Source: Camelus dromedarius (Eukaryota). From it: DNA of 64,000 nucleotides. Position 1 is the stretch's first letter; each line of letters opens with the position of its first letter. The position numbers and the translations under genes are program-made. Below are positions 10,441-23,300 of this stretch, one piece after another. The notes beneath the pieces are model-generated. The model was given only the letters and a program-made list of their open reading frames with translations. It had not been told where the DNA came from and made no database searches. Location of the stretch: positions 13,828,001 through 13,892,000 of the forward strand of contig NC_087437.1 in assembly GCF_036321535.1 (NCBI RefSeq). The letters run 5' to 3'.

Positions 10441-12140
10441 TAAATAATTAACTTAATTAGATACCTAATTCTAGCCCTCAAGGAATTTACAATCTAATGC
10501 TGACAAAAAGACAAATGAGCATGCAAACACCACGCAAAGCAGACTAGCAGCGTCATTCACGCCAGCGCCTCGGTGCCTCAGAGAAAGGAAACAACACTTC
10601 TGTTCCAAACTAAAACCAGAGCGGCAGCAGGAGGGGAAAGGGGGCAGCAGGGTCACAAGGAGAGCTGAGTGTACAGGACGTGGTGATGAAATGAAATGTG
10701 GGCAGAGGGCAATGGTGTGGAAGGTAAGCCACAAGTGAAGGTGATGTTTCAAGCCTCGAAGACTGGGAAGAGGGTGGAACCATTCACAGAGGCGGTCACC
10801 AGCCAGGTGAGTGTGCTGATTAGGCAGCTGGATTTGAAATGCCAAGGGCATCCAAGGAGGAAACTTCAGGTGGCAACAGAAGAGGGCAAGGGAAGGTGAG
10901 CTGTGACTTGAAGTTAGAGCTATATTTGGCTGCAGAAAGGAAAGAGAGAGAGCTTGGAGAAGACATCCATCTTGAAGCAGGAGCCAGGGAAAGAGACACT
11001 GTGAAGGGAGATTGCTGGGGATGTACCACGCACTGAAGTGGCTGTCCATGGAGTCTGGATGAGCAAGGAAACAGGACATGGTGCCCTGCTCAGGCTCCCA
11101 CCCACTTCTCCATGACAGTGGATTTCTCAGATATGGTTTAGCTGGAGAAACCCAGGCTTTCATTCTGCAAGAGGATTGAAGAGGTGACTAAAGATACAGG
11201 AAGTTTATTTATTGTCTTGGGTTCCAAATGGTGTAGGCTAGAGAACGAACTCACAGAGGGAACAGAGTATAGGGCTTCTTGGAAAAAGGTAGACTTGAAA
11301 TTAGTTGATTCTTTTGATTTTTTTAGTTTCTAATCTGATTTCCAGTACTAACTTGTGTGGTTGACTTCTGGCAAGTCATAAATCTGTAAAATCCTTTTTT
11401 TTTCTCTAGTAAATCAGTACTAACTCCTTTTGAGTATGTGTATACTGCCATATAGTTCAGGCAACCAAATATTATGCCCATTTTGTAGATATGCAAATTG
11501 AGGATTTCTTAAGATTAGATAGCTAATCAGTGGCAAAACTGGGGCTGAAAACCAGCCCCCTATGCCCTCCAGCTATTCTGAGATAAACCTTTAACAATTA
11601 TCATTAAGCTACACACTCTACTTCCTTACATTTTATTCTCTCTAACCATTTATAACCTCATATATTCTTCTCCAAACTTAAAATCACATATCATGCTAAT
11701 CTATAGAAAAAATATAATCTAGCATTAATGTTTTCCAAATTATTTTAAAATTTAATGAAAATGAATGAAACAAACTAAAACAGAGATATATTCTACTGGG
11801 GAAAAGCATGGAACAAAATCAGAAGACTTGGCTCGAATTTACTTTCTTCCACTTTGGAGACATATGACATTAAGCAAGTTAATTAATTTCTTTGGGTCTC
11901 AATTTCTTCGTCTTTTAAAGGGAAATAATGATGTGTATATTAAATCTCACTACCTACACCCAGCAGATTCGCAACCAAAATTAGCCCTTTCCCTCTCTAC
12001 TTTTTAAGTCACTGGGGTTATGGGAAATTTAATTGGATCAGAAACCATTGTGGTGTTCTACAAGTGTTTAGTACATATCTATGGACTAAATCTGAACCAG
12101 ACGCAAAGATCAAAAAATGTTTGTTTGAAATCTCTGTTAG

Positions 12141-12244
12141 CATGACACTACCGTGAGTGCCCTCCAGATGGCGCTAGATGTCTACAACGGAATCCTTCCT
12201 CCCTACGCTTCCTGCCACTTAATGGAATTGTACCTGGAGAAGGG
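12141..12244 (+). CDS. ACP3: Prostatic acid phosphatase, exon 9 equivalent (catalytic HD motif)
   Basis: ctgttag| 104 nt [34 protein letters not shown]+GG |gtgagt. Begins with the histidine acid phosphatase HD motif. Phase 0/2. Confidence 0.97.
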
Positions 12245-12300
12245 GTGAGTGTCTAAGAGATGCTTTTCAAGATTAATATCACTGGACCCCAGGCTTTGTT

Positions 12301-12301
<1 letters not shown>

Positions 12302-12375
<74 letters not shown>

Positions 12376-12376
12376 G
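12302..12376 (+). repeat. Perfect (TTG)25 microsatellite
   Basis: 75 nt uninterrupted, counted directly. Confidence 0.98.
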
Positions 12377-12784
12377 GCTTAAGGGTTTTGTCTCTGGTTG
12401 GTTTGGTTTGGTTTTATATTCAGAGGGAAGAATGGTGGCGAGTACCAATATCTTTGCTAGTCATGACTCCTTTTTTCTTTACTTTATTTTATTGGGAAAG
12501 AATGTACAGACGCAGTAGTTGAAAAAGTTGGGAGAACCAGCCTAGGTGACAGAAATGATGATTTTTTGAAAAGATGAAGATTTTCTAAGAAGTCTGTGGA
12601 CATTGCATTGTTCTCTTGGAAAATACAAGGTGGTAGACGATACCAGGAGAAAAATAAAGTTTGTGTATGGTTATAAATAATGTTCTTTTAATTTCAAACA
12701 TGTCTATGCAGCTTCTGGTGATTCATATCTGCCAGGTAGGATTCTTAAAGTACAGCTTCTGTGCAGTGTTTACTTCTTTGTAGC

Positions 12785-12925
12785 CTGGTGTGACCCTCCC
12801 CAGCTAGCACAAGTCCACTAGAAAGGCCAAGGTTAGTCAGAACTGAAGGTGTTCTGGAACACGTGAGTTTCATTGTTAAAACCAGGAAAGTCCTGGACAA
12901 ACCAGGAAGGGTTGGTCACAATGGG
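12785..12925. mobile_element. MER94/MER81-like hAT-Blackjack fossil
   Basis: GTGACC ... AAAACCAGGAAAGTCCTGGACAAACCAGGA..GTTGGTCAC ends. Confidence 0.55.
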
Positions 12926-13149
12926 CAAGGTCACACCAAAACTTTGTATCTGCTGTGTCACTGGCATTCTCGTTGGGAGGAAGAAGGAGGAAGACGTCAT
13001 GGGACATTAGTGATGGAATAAGAACGAGGAAGGGGCGGAGGCAGAGCAGTGACCCCAGAGTGTGGTTTCAGGGTTAGCTGGGGAAGCACACTTCGCTCAT
13101 CTCTCAAGGCAGCCACAATTACTGCAGACAGAACCACCCTGACTGTGAG

Positions 13150-13280
13150 GTTACATAGGGCCCTGTTGCTCAAAAGAGCCAGGCTTGGTTTAACGCACCT
13201 TTGTTGCCATCTTGAAATTCTTAATACCTTTTAAACAAGGAGCCCTGCATTTTTTTTTTTTTTCACACTTCGTAGTCCTG
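13150..13280. mobile_element. MER91A-like hAT-Tip100 fossil
   Basis: AGGGCCCTG..GCTTGGTTTAA..GCCATCTTGAAATTCTTAATA..GCCCTGCATTTT matches the recalled MER91A body. Confidence 0.6.
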
Positions 13281-14394
13281 GCTATAGTTGTCTGGCCACC
13301 TGAATTTATAGAGCAGGAAAGTAGCCAGCTCAGAGGCCCATTCTCACCCAGCGCCTTCACTGCTTACAAAGAAAGTGAGTTGTGCACGGTTAAGGAAGGG
13401 TAAGTGCATCCGTTGTTGAAGCTCTAACTGGGTGCCAAGCACAATGAGATGGAATTAAAATGTGGTCTTAGCAAGTTGTGCCCTCAAATAGCTAGAGTCA
13501 GAGTGGAGAGACGATACCCACTATGTGGAGAATACCCACAGAGCTGAAAATGGGAATGAGAAGACGGAGGACATAAAGTGCTCTGTCACAGATAAGCCCT
13601 GCGTATGGCTGCCCCATCGAATGCCCACTCCAGGGAGTTAGCACATCCAGTGACGACTGCAGGCTCAGCTCTAGGAGTAGGCACTGTCCAAGATAAGACA
13701 AAAGGAACTGCCCACTTCACCGGACCCTCCCTCGTCTCTGGTTTCTGCATCCCAGTGGTCCTGCACCTGCTTCTACTTAGGGCACTGCAGCATTCTGACC
13801 TATGAATCGCCTTCTCACACCACCTTAAATACATTCATGTTATGAATCATCAAGTGTGGGGCACTTTTCAACTGAGAGACATTGACCTACAGAAAAAAAA
13901 GAAGTAACCAAGGGCCAGTCACTGTTAGAAGTCAAGTTTGTTGTTATATTGGGAAATTTCTTTGAACACTCCAGAGAAATATCGTAAGTTAAACTGGCTT
14001 GCTTTTAAATTAGAAACAAGGAGGGTCCGAGTTAACAATACAGACATAGATATATGCATAAAAATTAGGTGATCCCCAGTATAGGGTGATCCCAATTTAT
14101 CCCGATAAGAAAATAAAAAAACAGAAAAAGAGATTGTTATCTATCTTATATATGTAAACTCAAGGTTATGGATAAGATAGCTAAATATACTCTTAAAATA
14201 TTTCATTTCTGGTTACATACATAAACTTAAAATCATATACCATATAAAGTAATTCACTAATTTAAGAAAATAGTGTCTCTTTCCACTTTCACATTTAGGA
14301 AACATTTTCATCCAAACTCTTTATAGGCATCTTAACGTGTGTCTTTACCACTGGAGCCAATTTTGAGTCCCCTAAAACTATTTTCCAAAGGTAT

Positions 14395-14847
14395 TAATTA
14401 ATCAGGGTAATTCTGGCTGCTGTACAGATAAACGTCAAGTTGTCGAGGCTTAACCCCATGGAGATGTCGTTCTCACTCATCTCACAGTGCGTTGCAGATG
14501 TTCCTGGGCAGTAGGAAGTGACTCACCTAAGGTGTGAGTCACACACGTGGTGTGATTCGGGGACCCAGGGTTCCATCTTTTGGACTCACAGTTTTCCAGA
14601 GCGCTGCGTTCACTTGCAGGCAGCTTGTAGAAAAAGATGAGAGGGTGGAGAAGGCAGTCTGCTTATTGGGCATCTCAGCCCAGAAGGGGCACATGTCACT
14701 TCTGCTTCTATTCTGCTAGCTGAAATTAGTCGCTTGGTCCTTCCTGAGTACAAGGGAGTCTGGGAAGTGTAGTCACGTCTCAGCTGTAAATTTATTCTAT
14801 GCAAAGAGAATCATGAATTTTGATAGACTATTAGTCGTCTTGTCATA
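14395..14847. mobile_element. Ancient ERVL/MaLR-type LTR remnant
   Basis: Typical motifs GGCTGCTGT, GGCTTAA, TCACTTCTGCT..ATT, GGGAAGTGTAGTC. Family not resolved. Confidence 0.5.
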
Positions 14848-15757
14848 TTATCTTGAAATAAAAGACGCTGTCACCGAGAAAGTTATTCTGAGATATAGGT
14901 ACTCATTCATGTAATATAAGGAAAGTTTTTTAAGATGTATTCTTATAAGTGAGTATTTGTGGTTACTATTGTTTCTATGGCTTTTTAAAGTGATGTTTTA
15001 AAAGGCTTGTTTATAACAACATCCAAACGTTGCAATTGTGAGATTACTATCCCAAGAAAGGTGACTAAATTCTATTTGAATCTCTCTTCTGCCTCTTTGG
15101 CAAATGACTTCCGTAGGCACCTCATACTAGCTTTACAAGGTTGGTTTGGGGCAGTCGTCCTTCCTTAAACAGTGCATTGCTTTCTGAAATAAAGTATTGC
15201 GAGAGCCCCCCTCAGTAAGGCTCTGATAAGTCTTGCTGCATATTCAAGCACCTATGTTTTATTCTATTCAGTTCCAGATTTCTGGTCTGGTTACAGGAGA
15301 GGACAGATACATTCATTCAGGGGAAAGATTGAAAGAAATATTAAGAGAGAAAAGGAAGGAGCAAATGAGAAGCATAAAAGGGAGATAATAAGGGGGAAAA
15401 AACAGTATCTCACCTGACCCTACTTCTCGCTCAAAGGTTCAGGTCACCCCCGACTCCCCCAATCATCACCTCTCAGCTCCTTCTCTAATTAAGCATCCTG
15501 GTCCCTGCCTCATATGCCTTTGGTCATCTAACAAACCAGTTCTCCCATTTCCACCCTCCCCGGCTGGCCCACGTGCCCCAACCCCCCCTCTTCCCACAAC
15601 TAAGTTGGCTAGTATCTACTCGTTCCCATAAATTCTTCCACTAGTCCTTCAACTGACATGTTACAGGCCAGGTGGAAAAAAAAGAAAATTCAAAGGCAGT
15701 TCAACAACACAGAAGTAACGGGGCTTCTCCTCTGCCTTCCTGCGCTTCCCCCACCAG

Positions 15758-15947
15758 GGAGCACTTCGTGGAGATGTACTATCGGAACACGACGTGGCAG
15801 GAGCCACATCCCCTCACGCTGCCTGGCTGCACCCCCAGCTGCCCTCTGACGAAGTTTGCTGAGCTGGTGGCCCCCGTGATCCCCCAAGACTGGTCTGCAG
15901 AGTGTACCACGAGCAACTATGAAGGTACCGAGGCCATTCTGGACTAG
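15758..15947 (+). CDS. ACP3: Prostatic acid phosphatase, exon 10: last coding exon of the secreted isoform; internal donor after 15924 used by the TM isoform
   Basis: ccaccag| (G)EHFVEMYYRNTTWQEPHPLTLPGCTPSCPLTKFAELVAPVIPQDWSAECTTSNYEGTEAILD-TAG. Internal donor GAAG|gtaccg at 15924/15925. Confidence 0.97.
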
Positions 15948-16726
15948 AGGGCGTGTAGAGTGCTGCAGAAAGGGCAGGACCCCCTTTGTGCAGGCAGATG
16001 GTGCTTTGAGGATATAATTTGGTCATCACCCCCATCTTTGTGGGAAATAGGTTTTGGGTGATAATTGTATGTTTCAGGGACCTGAACTTTAGGCAATTCC
16101 TACCTCTCCACCTGGTCCTGCCCCTCCTTGCCATAAAGCTTGCCAAACCCGGGAGGCAGTAATCAAGCAGAAAGCATTTACTTGGGGTCAAAGAATTGGA
16201 ATTCAGGGCACACATATCAAAGCGGAACAAAATTAGAAATGCAAGAGTGTTCTGAATACCTCCCAGATCAAACCTTACTGGAATGCTTAATGCGGGTGTG
16301 GTATCTGTCCTGAGGACAGAAAGAATATGTAAGGCTTTGATTCTGGGATCTTCAGAAAACCCAAGCAAACTCACAGGTCCTGCTGAAGCAACTTACTATA
16401 CAAGAAGAACTCATGTTTGAATGACACTATTTAGAGTCCTGTAGATTCGGCATGTGCAGACAAAACACAAAGAGCACCCTGCTACGTTACTGGCACAAAT
16501 AAAGATGGAACAGTTTCTAGAGATGGTTTCTACTGGATGCCAGTGCCTAGAGCAAAGCCATTCCCCCTCCAGGTCGGTCATGGGATGACTGACACAAGAT
16601 ACCAATTGATGTGTTTGTGTTATTTCTCTCCAAAGTAAATATTTGGCCTTGGGGCCATCATCTAATTACCCTGTCTCCTCCATGGATGTAACTTTCCTCC
16701 AGCAGTGAGCCAAATGTAAAAGAGTG

Positions 16727-16732
16727 AATAAA
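16727..16732 (+). terminator. ACP3: Probable poly(A) signal of the secreted ACP3 isoform
   Basis: AATAAA about 780 nt after the stop, followed by a U-rich tract and a GT-rich tract (16773-16810). Other AATAAA hexamers lie at 16498 and 16817. Confidence 0.6.
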
Positions 16733-17763
16733 GTCATTATTAGGAAGTTCAAAAGCATTACTTTTGTAATGCTTTTTATTTTTTATTTTTTGAAAAGTGT
16801 GTGCGTGTTTAATTAGAATAAAATTTCTGAAGGACAGATTGTAGGGGCTTTATTTTTATTTCGGGGTTTTATTTTACTGTAATGAGAAGGAAAATATTAA
16901 TATAAAGTAAGATGATTTGACTGGCTTACATGAACGTTTTACATTGAAAATGTATTTAGTTTGGACTTGGCTACTTCCGATAAAGGCTAAGCTGAAGCAT
17001 GGCCGAATAAAGGTGGAACTTGCCCAGAAAACTGCCTTGGGAAATCTACAATGTAGTGGAGAAGTACAGAGATGCATATTACATAGAATGTCGAAGGTTA
17101 TGTCTTATGACTCCAAGGTTTGCTATGGGAACAAGAATTACCTGGATTTGGAGGGAAGGAAACGGTAAGGAATGAAGGCTTCCTACAAGAGATGACAGCT
17201 ACGCCATATGACATCAGTTTGGATGAGGTTTATTCTAATGGTACAGGTGCTAAATAGGCCTTCATCAAATGTGCCAGTGGCTTGAAGCTGGAAAGCACAG
17301 GGGAGTTACTTGGCAGAAGATTCAGTGTCCAAAGAGATTCCCACGAGTTCCTTCAAGGGACCGATTTTAATGAGATAAGATGTCATCTCCACAAGAGCAA
17401 GGATTTTTTTATTTGTTGCATCCTGCCCTGTATCTGTCCTCAGCACCCTGAGGTGCCTGCGCCTGGCATGGATTCGTGCTCAATAAATATTTGCTCATGA
17501 ATGTATAAATTATTTACCTTTCCTCTCTGAACCTACTCTTTCTACCTTGATTAGCACCAACACCTAGTAGTAACCTGCAAATTATCAGATTATCACCCTC
17601 TCCTTCATTCTCCACAGTCATCTGTCACCTCTTCTTCTTAAATCTACCTGTAGTATGTTTGTAGAATTCTTTTCTTCAAAACACCAACATCAACAATCCA
17701 GTATCCAAGGAGAGTGAAATATAATTAAGAAGCAAAATATGTTAATAAAAAGAAAACTTAGGG

Positions 17764-17981
17764 TTTGGTGTGCTGGAGCTAGCACATACAGATCTCAAGA
17801 GTGGGAAGTACGTATTATCTCCCAACTCTGAGCTTAATGACTTCACTTTGGCAGTTTGAAATTGGCCATGGTATCATGGAGGAGTATTTTTACCATAGAA
17901 ATCAGCATATGCTACAAATCAGAGTTTTGTTTTCTGTTTGTTTGTTTTTTTTTTAAAGTCCAGTTTACCAGCACACCATTG
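17764..17981. mobile_element. MER63-like hAT fossil
   Basis: Perfect 11-bp inverted ends TGGTGTGCTGG (17766) and CCAGCACACCA (17968). Confidence 0.75.
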
Positions 17982-20359
17982 ATTTTTAGCTCATAGAAAG
18001 TTTGTTAAATGTCTATAACGTGAAGTGGTCTCTAACAGAGAGAATTCAATATTTGAACTTCTTTAAGGAGAAAGGATTCGATGTGTTCCATAGGGTCTCA
18101 AACAGTGAGGTGAGGGGCAGCAGGTAAACATTTCAGGAAGACAGACTGTGTTCGGTGGTGGGAAATCCCTGGGACCAGACGTGTCCATGGGGCTGGATGC
18201 CCACTTGCCTTGGCAGAGGCACTACAGAGCAGGCTGAAGCATGGAAGGTAGTAGGGCTTGAATGACTCTTTAGTAGGTGCACTAAAGCAGATGGGGGTAC
18301 AGGATGCCCAGAGAAGTGTGATAAGTAGCTCTAACTGCTGAATTTTTATAACTTAAAACAAAAAACAAAAAAACCTTAAGACAAGATGTGAAAGATGCCC
18401 TGAGAAAGCCAAAAGAGGAAGCAGGACAAAACCATTAAATACAGGGCATATCCCATATGTACAGAATACCTGGCGGCCCTTCTCCTTAGGGTATCTCCAT
18501 CCATGAAATTCTACCCATACCGAAGAGCAGTGTTCTCACCTAGTGCTAAGGGACTCAATTAACTTCATTCTGATATCGATTAAATTGACTGGAGCCTTTT
18601 CTGGGAAATTCATGATAAGCTTGAGTCCCTTAGTACGTTGCCTGAAATGAATAAAACTCTTTTTTTTTTTTTTAAGAAAATGCTTCTTTAATTCCAAAAT
18701 TCCACTAACATGGTCAGACTTTCTTCACTAGCACTCTCCCAGCCCCACCTCCATCTCCAACTCCAGTTATTTCATAGGAAGGAGGTTTACCAGTGAGAAG
18801 TTCCAGGTTCCCCTCATAATCTCCGTAAAGCTGATAATCTACAGCACATACATACATGCCCAAGACTCAGCTATGAGCTTCTAACTGGCCTTTTTCCTCC
18901 TTGAATCTTCAGCCAGTGGGCAATGCCTAGAACCTGCCTTCAAACAGTATTTGCTAATTGAATAACTGTTCCACCCTCCCTTCTTAGCCTGTCTTCCTCA
19001 TGACTGGGCCCAGGTGTCAGAAGCCTGGACCTCAGTTTTCAATAAATGGGGGACAGAGGCTATGAATGAGCTTTGACTATATGTGTATTATAAAGACCCA
19101 CTCATTGACTGTATGTCCATGTTTATACCAGCGTGGCTGTGTCCTTGGCCTCTGTTTCCTTCACAGTCACCTTGGCATTCTCTGGTCCCTCGTTGCTCTT
19201 TAGAGCCCCTGTTCAATGATCTCCCTCACAGCACCCCTCCTCCCTCAGAGATGAGGCCATATGATTACTATACCTTTTTCTCATCCTTGTCACCATTGTC
19301 ATCAGTTCCCCAGGACATGTCTCATCATTTGTTAATGACATTGGGCACTTGCTGTGGTATATACCAACTCATTCCCCGCTTCCTCTCTTGCTCTCCACCT
19401 AGGCAATTCTGACAGTCGTTAATAATGGCCCTTCCCATACCCTGTGCACCCCACCAATAGCCAACCCCACCTCAAATCGACCACACAGTTTGAACGTTCT
19501 GATCTGCTGAGTAGAGCTAAATAAAATCAGCGGTCACCATTTCAAACTATGAACGTTGACATTTCTATTCCAGCCTCAGCTGGATCTTTCAACACTGCAT
19601 AATAATTATAGTCACCCTCACTGGACTCTTTTCTTGTTTTCTAACAAGAAGGTCTTGTTAATTTTCCCAAACTTAGAATTCCATCTTGACTTCTTTAATT
19701 CTCATGAGATATCCTGAGAAGAGCAAGATAACCCATTAAAACCTCTTTTAAGTTCTCCTGTCACTACTTCAAAATATCTCAGACGCTGTAACCTGCCTTT
19801 CCTGCTGTTTCTTAAGAAAACATGCTCCTTCTTGAGTAACCTAATTCCTCTCCCCACCTGTAGGCTCATTGGACCTTGATGAATCTCTTCGTTAGCTTCA
19901 TTGTCTTCTTTTTGCTATGAAAATGTCCAAATCTCTCATCAAAGAGCACCTTCATGTGCCAACTCCATCTCACTGTCCTCAATCCCAATTTCCTCAAATA
20001 AATAATTTATATTCTCCAGCTCTATTTCCCCAGCTTCCTCTTAACTCCTGAACTATTCTGTAAAATGGTATTCTTCCTTCCTTCATCTCTTTGTTGAAAC
20101 TTGCCTTTTGGAAGTCATCAGTGCCTAATTCAGTGGCCTCTTTTCCTTTTCCTGTCAAAATCACATCTCCTCCTTTTACAGGGAGGAAAACTGAACCTCG
20201 GAAAATAACTTGCCACAAGTGATAAGGTCAGGATTGAAGCCTAACACTCTCCAACACCATGTTTCTGCCATATCATCTTCCTTCCCATCCTACAGCATCT
20301 TGTGGACTATTCCCTTAGGATAAATTCCCAAAAATATGATTAGTGGGTCAAAGCATATG

Positions 20360-23300
20360 AACAGTTAGTAAACAATAGATATTTATTGAGCACCTGTTAT
20401 GTACTTGATATGTACCTATGTAGCAGGCATTAAGTTTGCTGAGGAAACAGCAGCAAGACCAGAAAATTTTCCCGACGTGACTTGTAGAACTTGACACAGA
20501 GGTGGGGAGGCAGGCAGGGAGGACAGGAAGAAAGATAGAGAATTAAACAAGGCTGAACAATTAAATATGGTGAGTACTCTGATGAGGGACACACAGGTAA
20601 CTATAAAAACATACAGCAGAGGCAATTAGCCGCAGTCTAAGGGGTTAGAGAAGGCTTTTCAAAGGCAGAGATGTTTAAACCAAATCTGAAGGAGAGAAGG
20701 AGTTAACCAGGTGAGTGGAGGTGAGGAGAGAGGAGAATGTTATAGGTAAAGAGGGAAAATGTATGAAGGCCAAGGGGCTAAGGACAGCATGGGGGCATTT
20801 TAGGAGCTGGACAACTTACGATCCGTGAGAGGGAAAAGACGCTGAAGAGGCAGGTGTTAAGTGTCTTGTAGGTCAAGTTGAGTAGCTCTGGTCATTAAAG
20901 GGTTTTAGGCAAAGGTCAGATGATATGACTGGCCTCTTGTTTTAGACAGACCTCTTTGGTTCCAATGGGGAGAATGGACTGAAGAGGAGTGGAACTGAGG
21001 GCAGGAGAACTTTTGAGAGGCTGTTGGAATAATCCAAAATCTAGTAGGAGTGAAGGAGAAAAGGAGGAATATTCAAAGGGGGAAAAGAGGTAGAGAAGAC
21101 AGGACTCGGGGGTTCATGGCAAGAGGAAGAGGCTTTTGATACACGTTGTCAAAATCGTTTTCCAAAAAGTAGTGCCCATTCTCAGCTCAGCAGCTTTCTT
21201 GTGTCCGCTCGTAGTAGGATGTCATGTCAGTCGCTACCCGCACTAGATCTCTTTGCAGTAGATACAATTGATCACTCTCCTTTCTCAGATTCTAAACATC
21301 TCTCTGTCAAACTCACAAAATCCTTCATGGTACATGGGAGCATATAATTTAAAAAATAAACACAAGGGAAACAGAAAGAGAGAGAAAGGGAGAAAATCTC
21401 TCCTGAGTCTTCTCTTTATTCTGACTTTTTGTCGTGTTTCTGTTGGATTGATCATTTTCACCATTGCCCTGAACAGTGGTGTCCCAGGGCCCTGTCCTTG
21501 GTTTCCTCATCCCACACTCACCGTAAGCCAATATTAGCCAGGCCTCCGTCTTCTCCATCTACAATCCTTATTTCCATATCTACACGTAGACTTCTAGACC
21601 CGTTTTTTCCAGCTGCCTGCTGATCATCTCTACTAGGACAATGACTCATCTCAATCCCAATTTGAAACTAAATTTATTATCTCCTCTATTCCAAATGGGT
21701 CCTTTCTAATGTGCTTTGGATCTCAATTCACAGCCTAATCATTTTCCCATTCACCCAACCTAGAATCCATGACCACAGCTTTCCTTCCTTGACCAGTATA
21801 TTTAGACCATCGCCAAGTCCGTCAATGCTACCTCACGATTCTCTCTTGAACCTCCTCATCTGTGTTCTCAGGGCCACACGTCCAGCGCTGAGCCCTCCGT
21901 ACCCTGTCAAAGACATTTTAATAGCTATCAGGCCTAGAGTGTCTCCACCATCCTACCTTTTTTTTCTAGTTTTGCTTGTTTTTAAAAAACACAGATTGGG
22001 TCATGTCACCTCCATGATGATTTCCATTTGCCACGTGGCAAACCAGACCTTCTAAAACCTGAGCCTCAACCTACATATCTGGTCTCACCTCGCCACAACC
22101 TATACTCCAACAACATGCTACTGCTCATTACTTCCCAAAGACACCCTTTTGCAACTCACTCTGTCTTGTGGCAAAGTCTTATTTACCTAAAAGTCCAGCT
22201 CAAATCTTATCATTTTCTCAGAAGCCTTTCCAAACTCGTTCTCTTCCAAATAGACCACTTTGTGTTGATTGCAGCTCTCTCTCTGTTCCAACGGCACATC
22301 TTTTGCACCTCTGTTTTACTATTTATCCCGTCATCTCGTAATTAGCTATCCAGCTCTCCCATTAGATGGTGACCTCCTCAAGACCAGGGATCACGGAACC
22401 CCAGAAACCAGCACACAGCTAATCTGGCATATCGTGCGTGCTCGCTACATGTCTAGGAAGGAATAAAGGAAACAAAAAGGTTGGGAAAGGGTATGACAAC
22501 ATGGCCAAAAAAGTAAACTGAAAATAAATTTCCAAGTCAGCCATGGACATTAATTTTAAGGCGTCATTAGTCTCTTCCTTCTTCCCTCATTTCTGTTTAG
22601 TTCTTTCCTTTCTCCCTCAATTCTGTTCAGTTCCCTCCAACTTTACATTAACTCCATCTACAACGGTAATGGCACCAGTCCGCCAGATCCTAATTTTATT
22701 AATATTCACCTTCTCATGATGCTAAGAGGAAACCTGACAGCATGAGAAAAGCACAGAACTAAGAGCTGAGGACCTATGAGTTTTAGATCATTCATCCTCA
22801 CAAATATTTATTGAGCTCCTGATATGTGCCAAGTACTGTTCTAAATGCTTGGGATACATTCATGAACAGAAAAGACAAAGGCTCCTGCTCTCGTGAAGCA
22901 TACACTCTGTTAGAGGGAAGGAGAGATGGACAATGAATAATAAACATAATAAATAAGTACTTTGGAAGGTGAGAGTCACAAGTGCCAAGTGGGGATGGGG
23001 ACGGAGAGAGGGCATACAGGGGGCACTTTTTTTAAAATTTATTTTTGATTGATGTATAGTCAGTTTTCAATGTTGTGTCAATTTCTGGTGGACCTAATAA
23101 TGTTTCAGTCATACATATATTCATTTTCATATTCTTCTTCATTATAGGTTACTACAAGATATTGAATAGAGTTCCCTGTGTGCTACAGCATGAACTTGTT
23201 GTTTATCTATTTTATATATAGTAGTTAGCATCTGCAAACGTGGGAAGGTTGCCCTTTTACATAGAAAGTCCTTGTTGAGAAGATAAGAGCTGAGCAGGGA

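Noticed and set aside
10471..11163. 230-aa minus-strand ORF
   Set aside because: No recognisable domain; lies in purine-skewed, probably L2-derived intronic DNA antisense to ACP3.
12249..12518. Poly-cysteine ORF
   Set aside because: Translation of the intronic (TTG)25 repeat.
15814..16374. 186-aa antisense ORF over exon 10 and the 3' UTR
   Set aside because: Non-ATG start and no domain similarity; partly a shadow of the sense coding exon.
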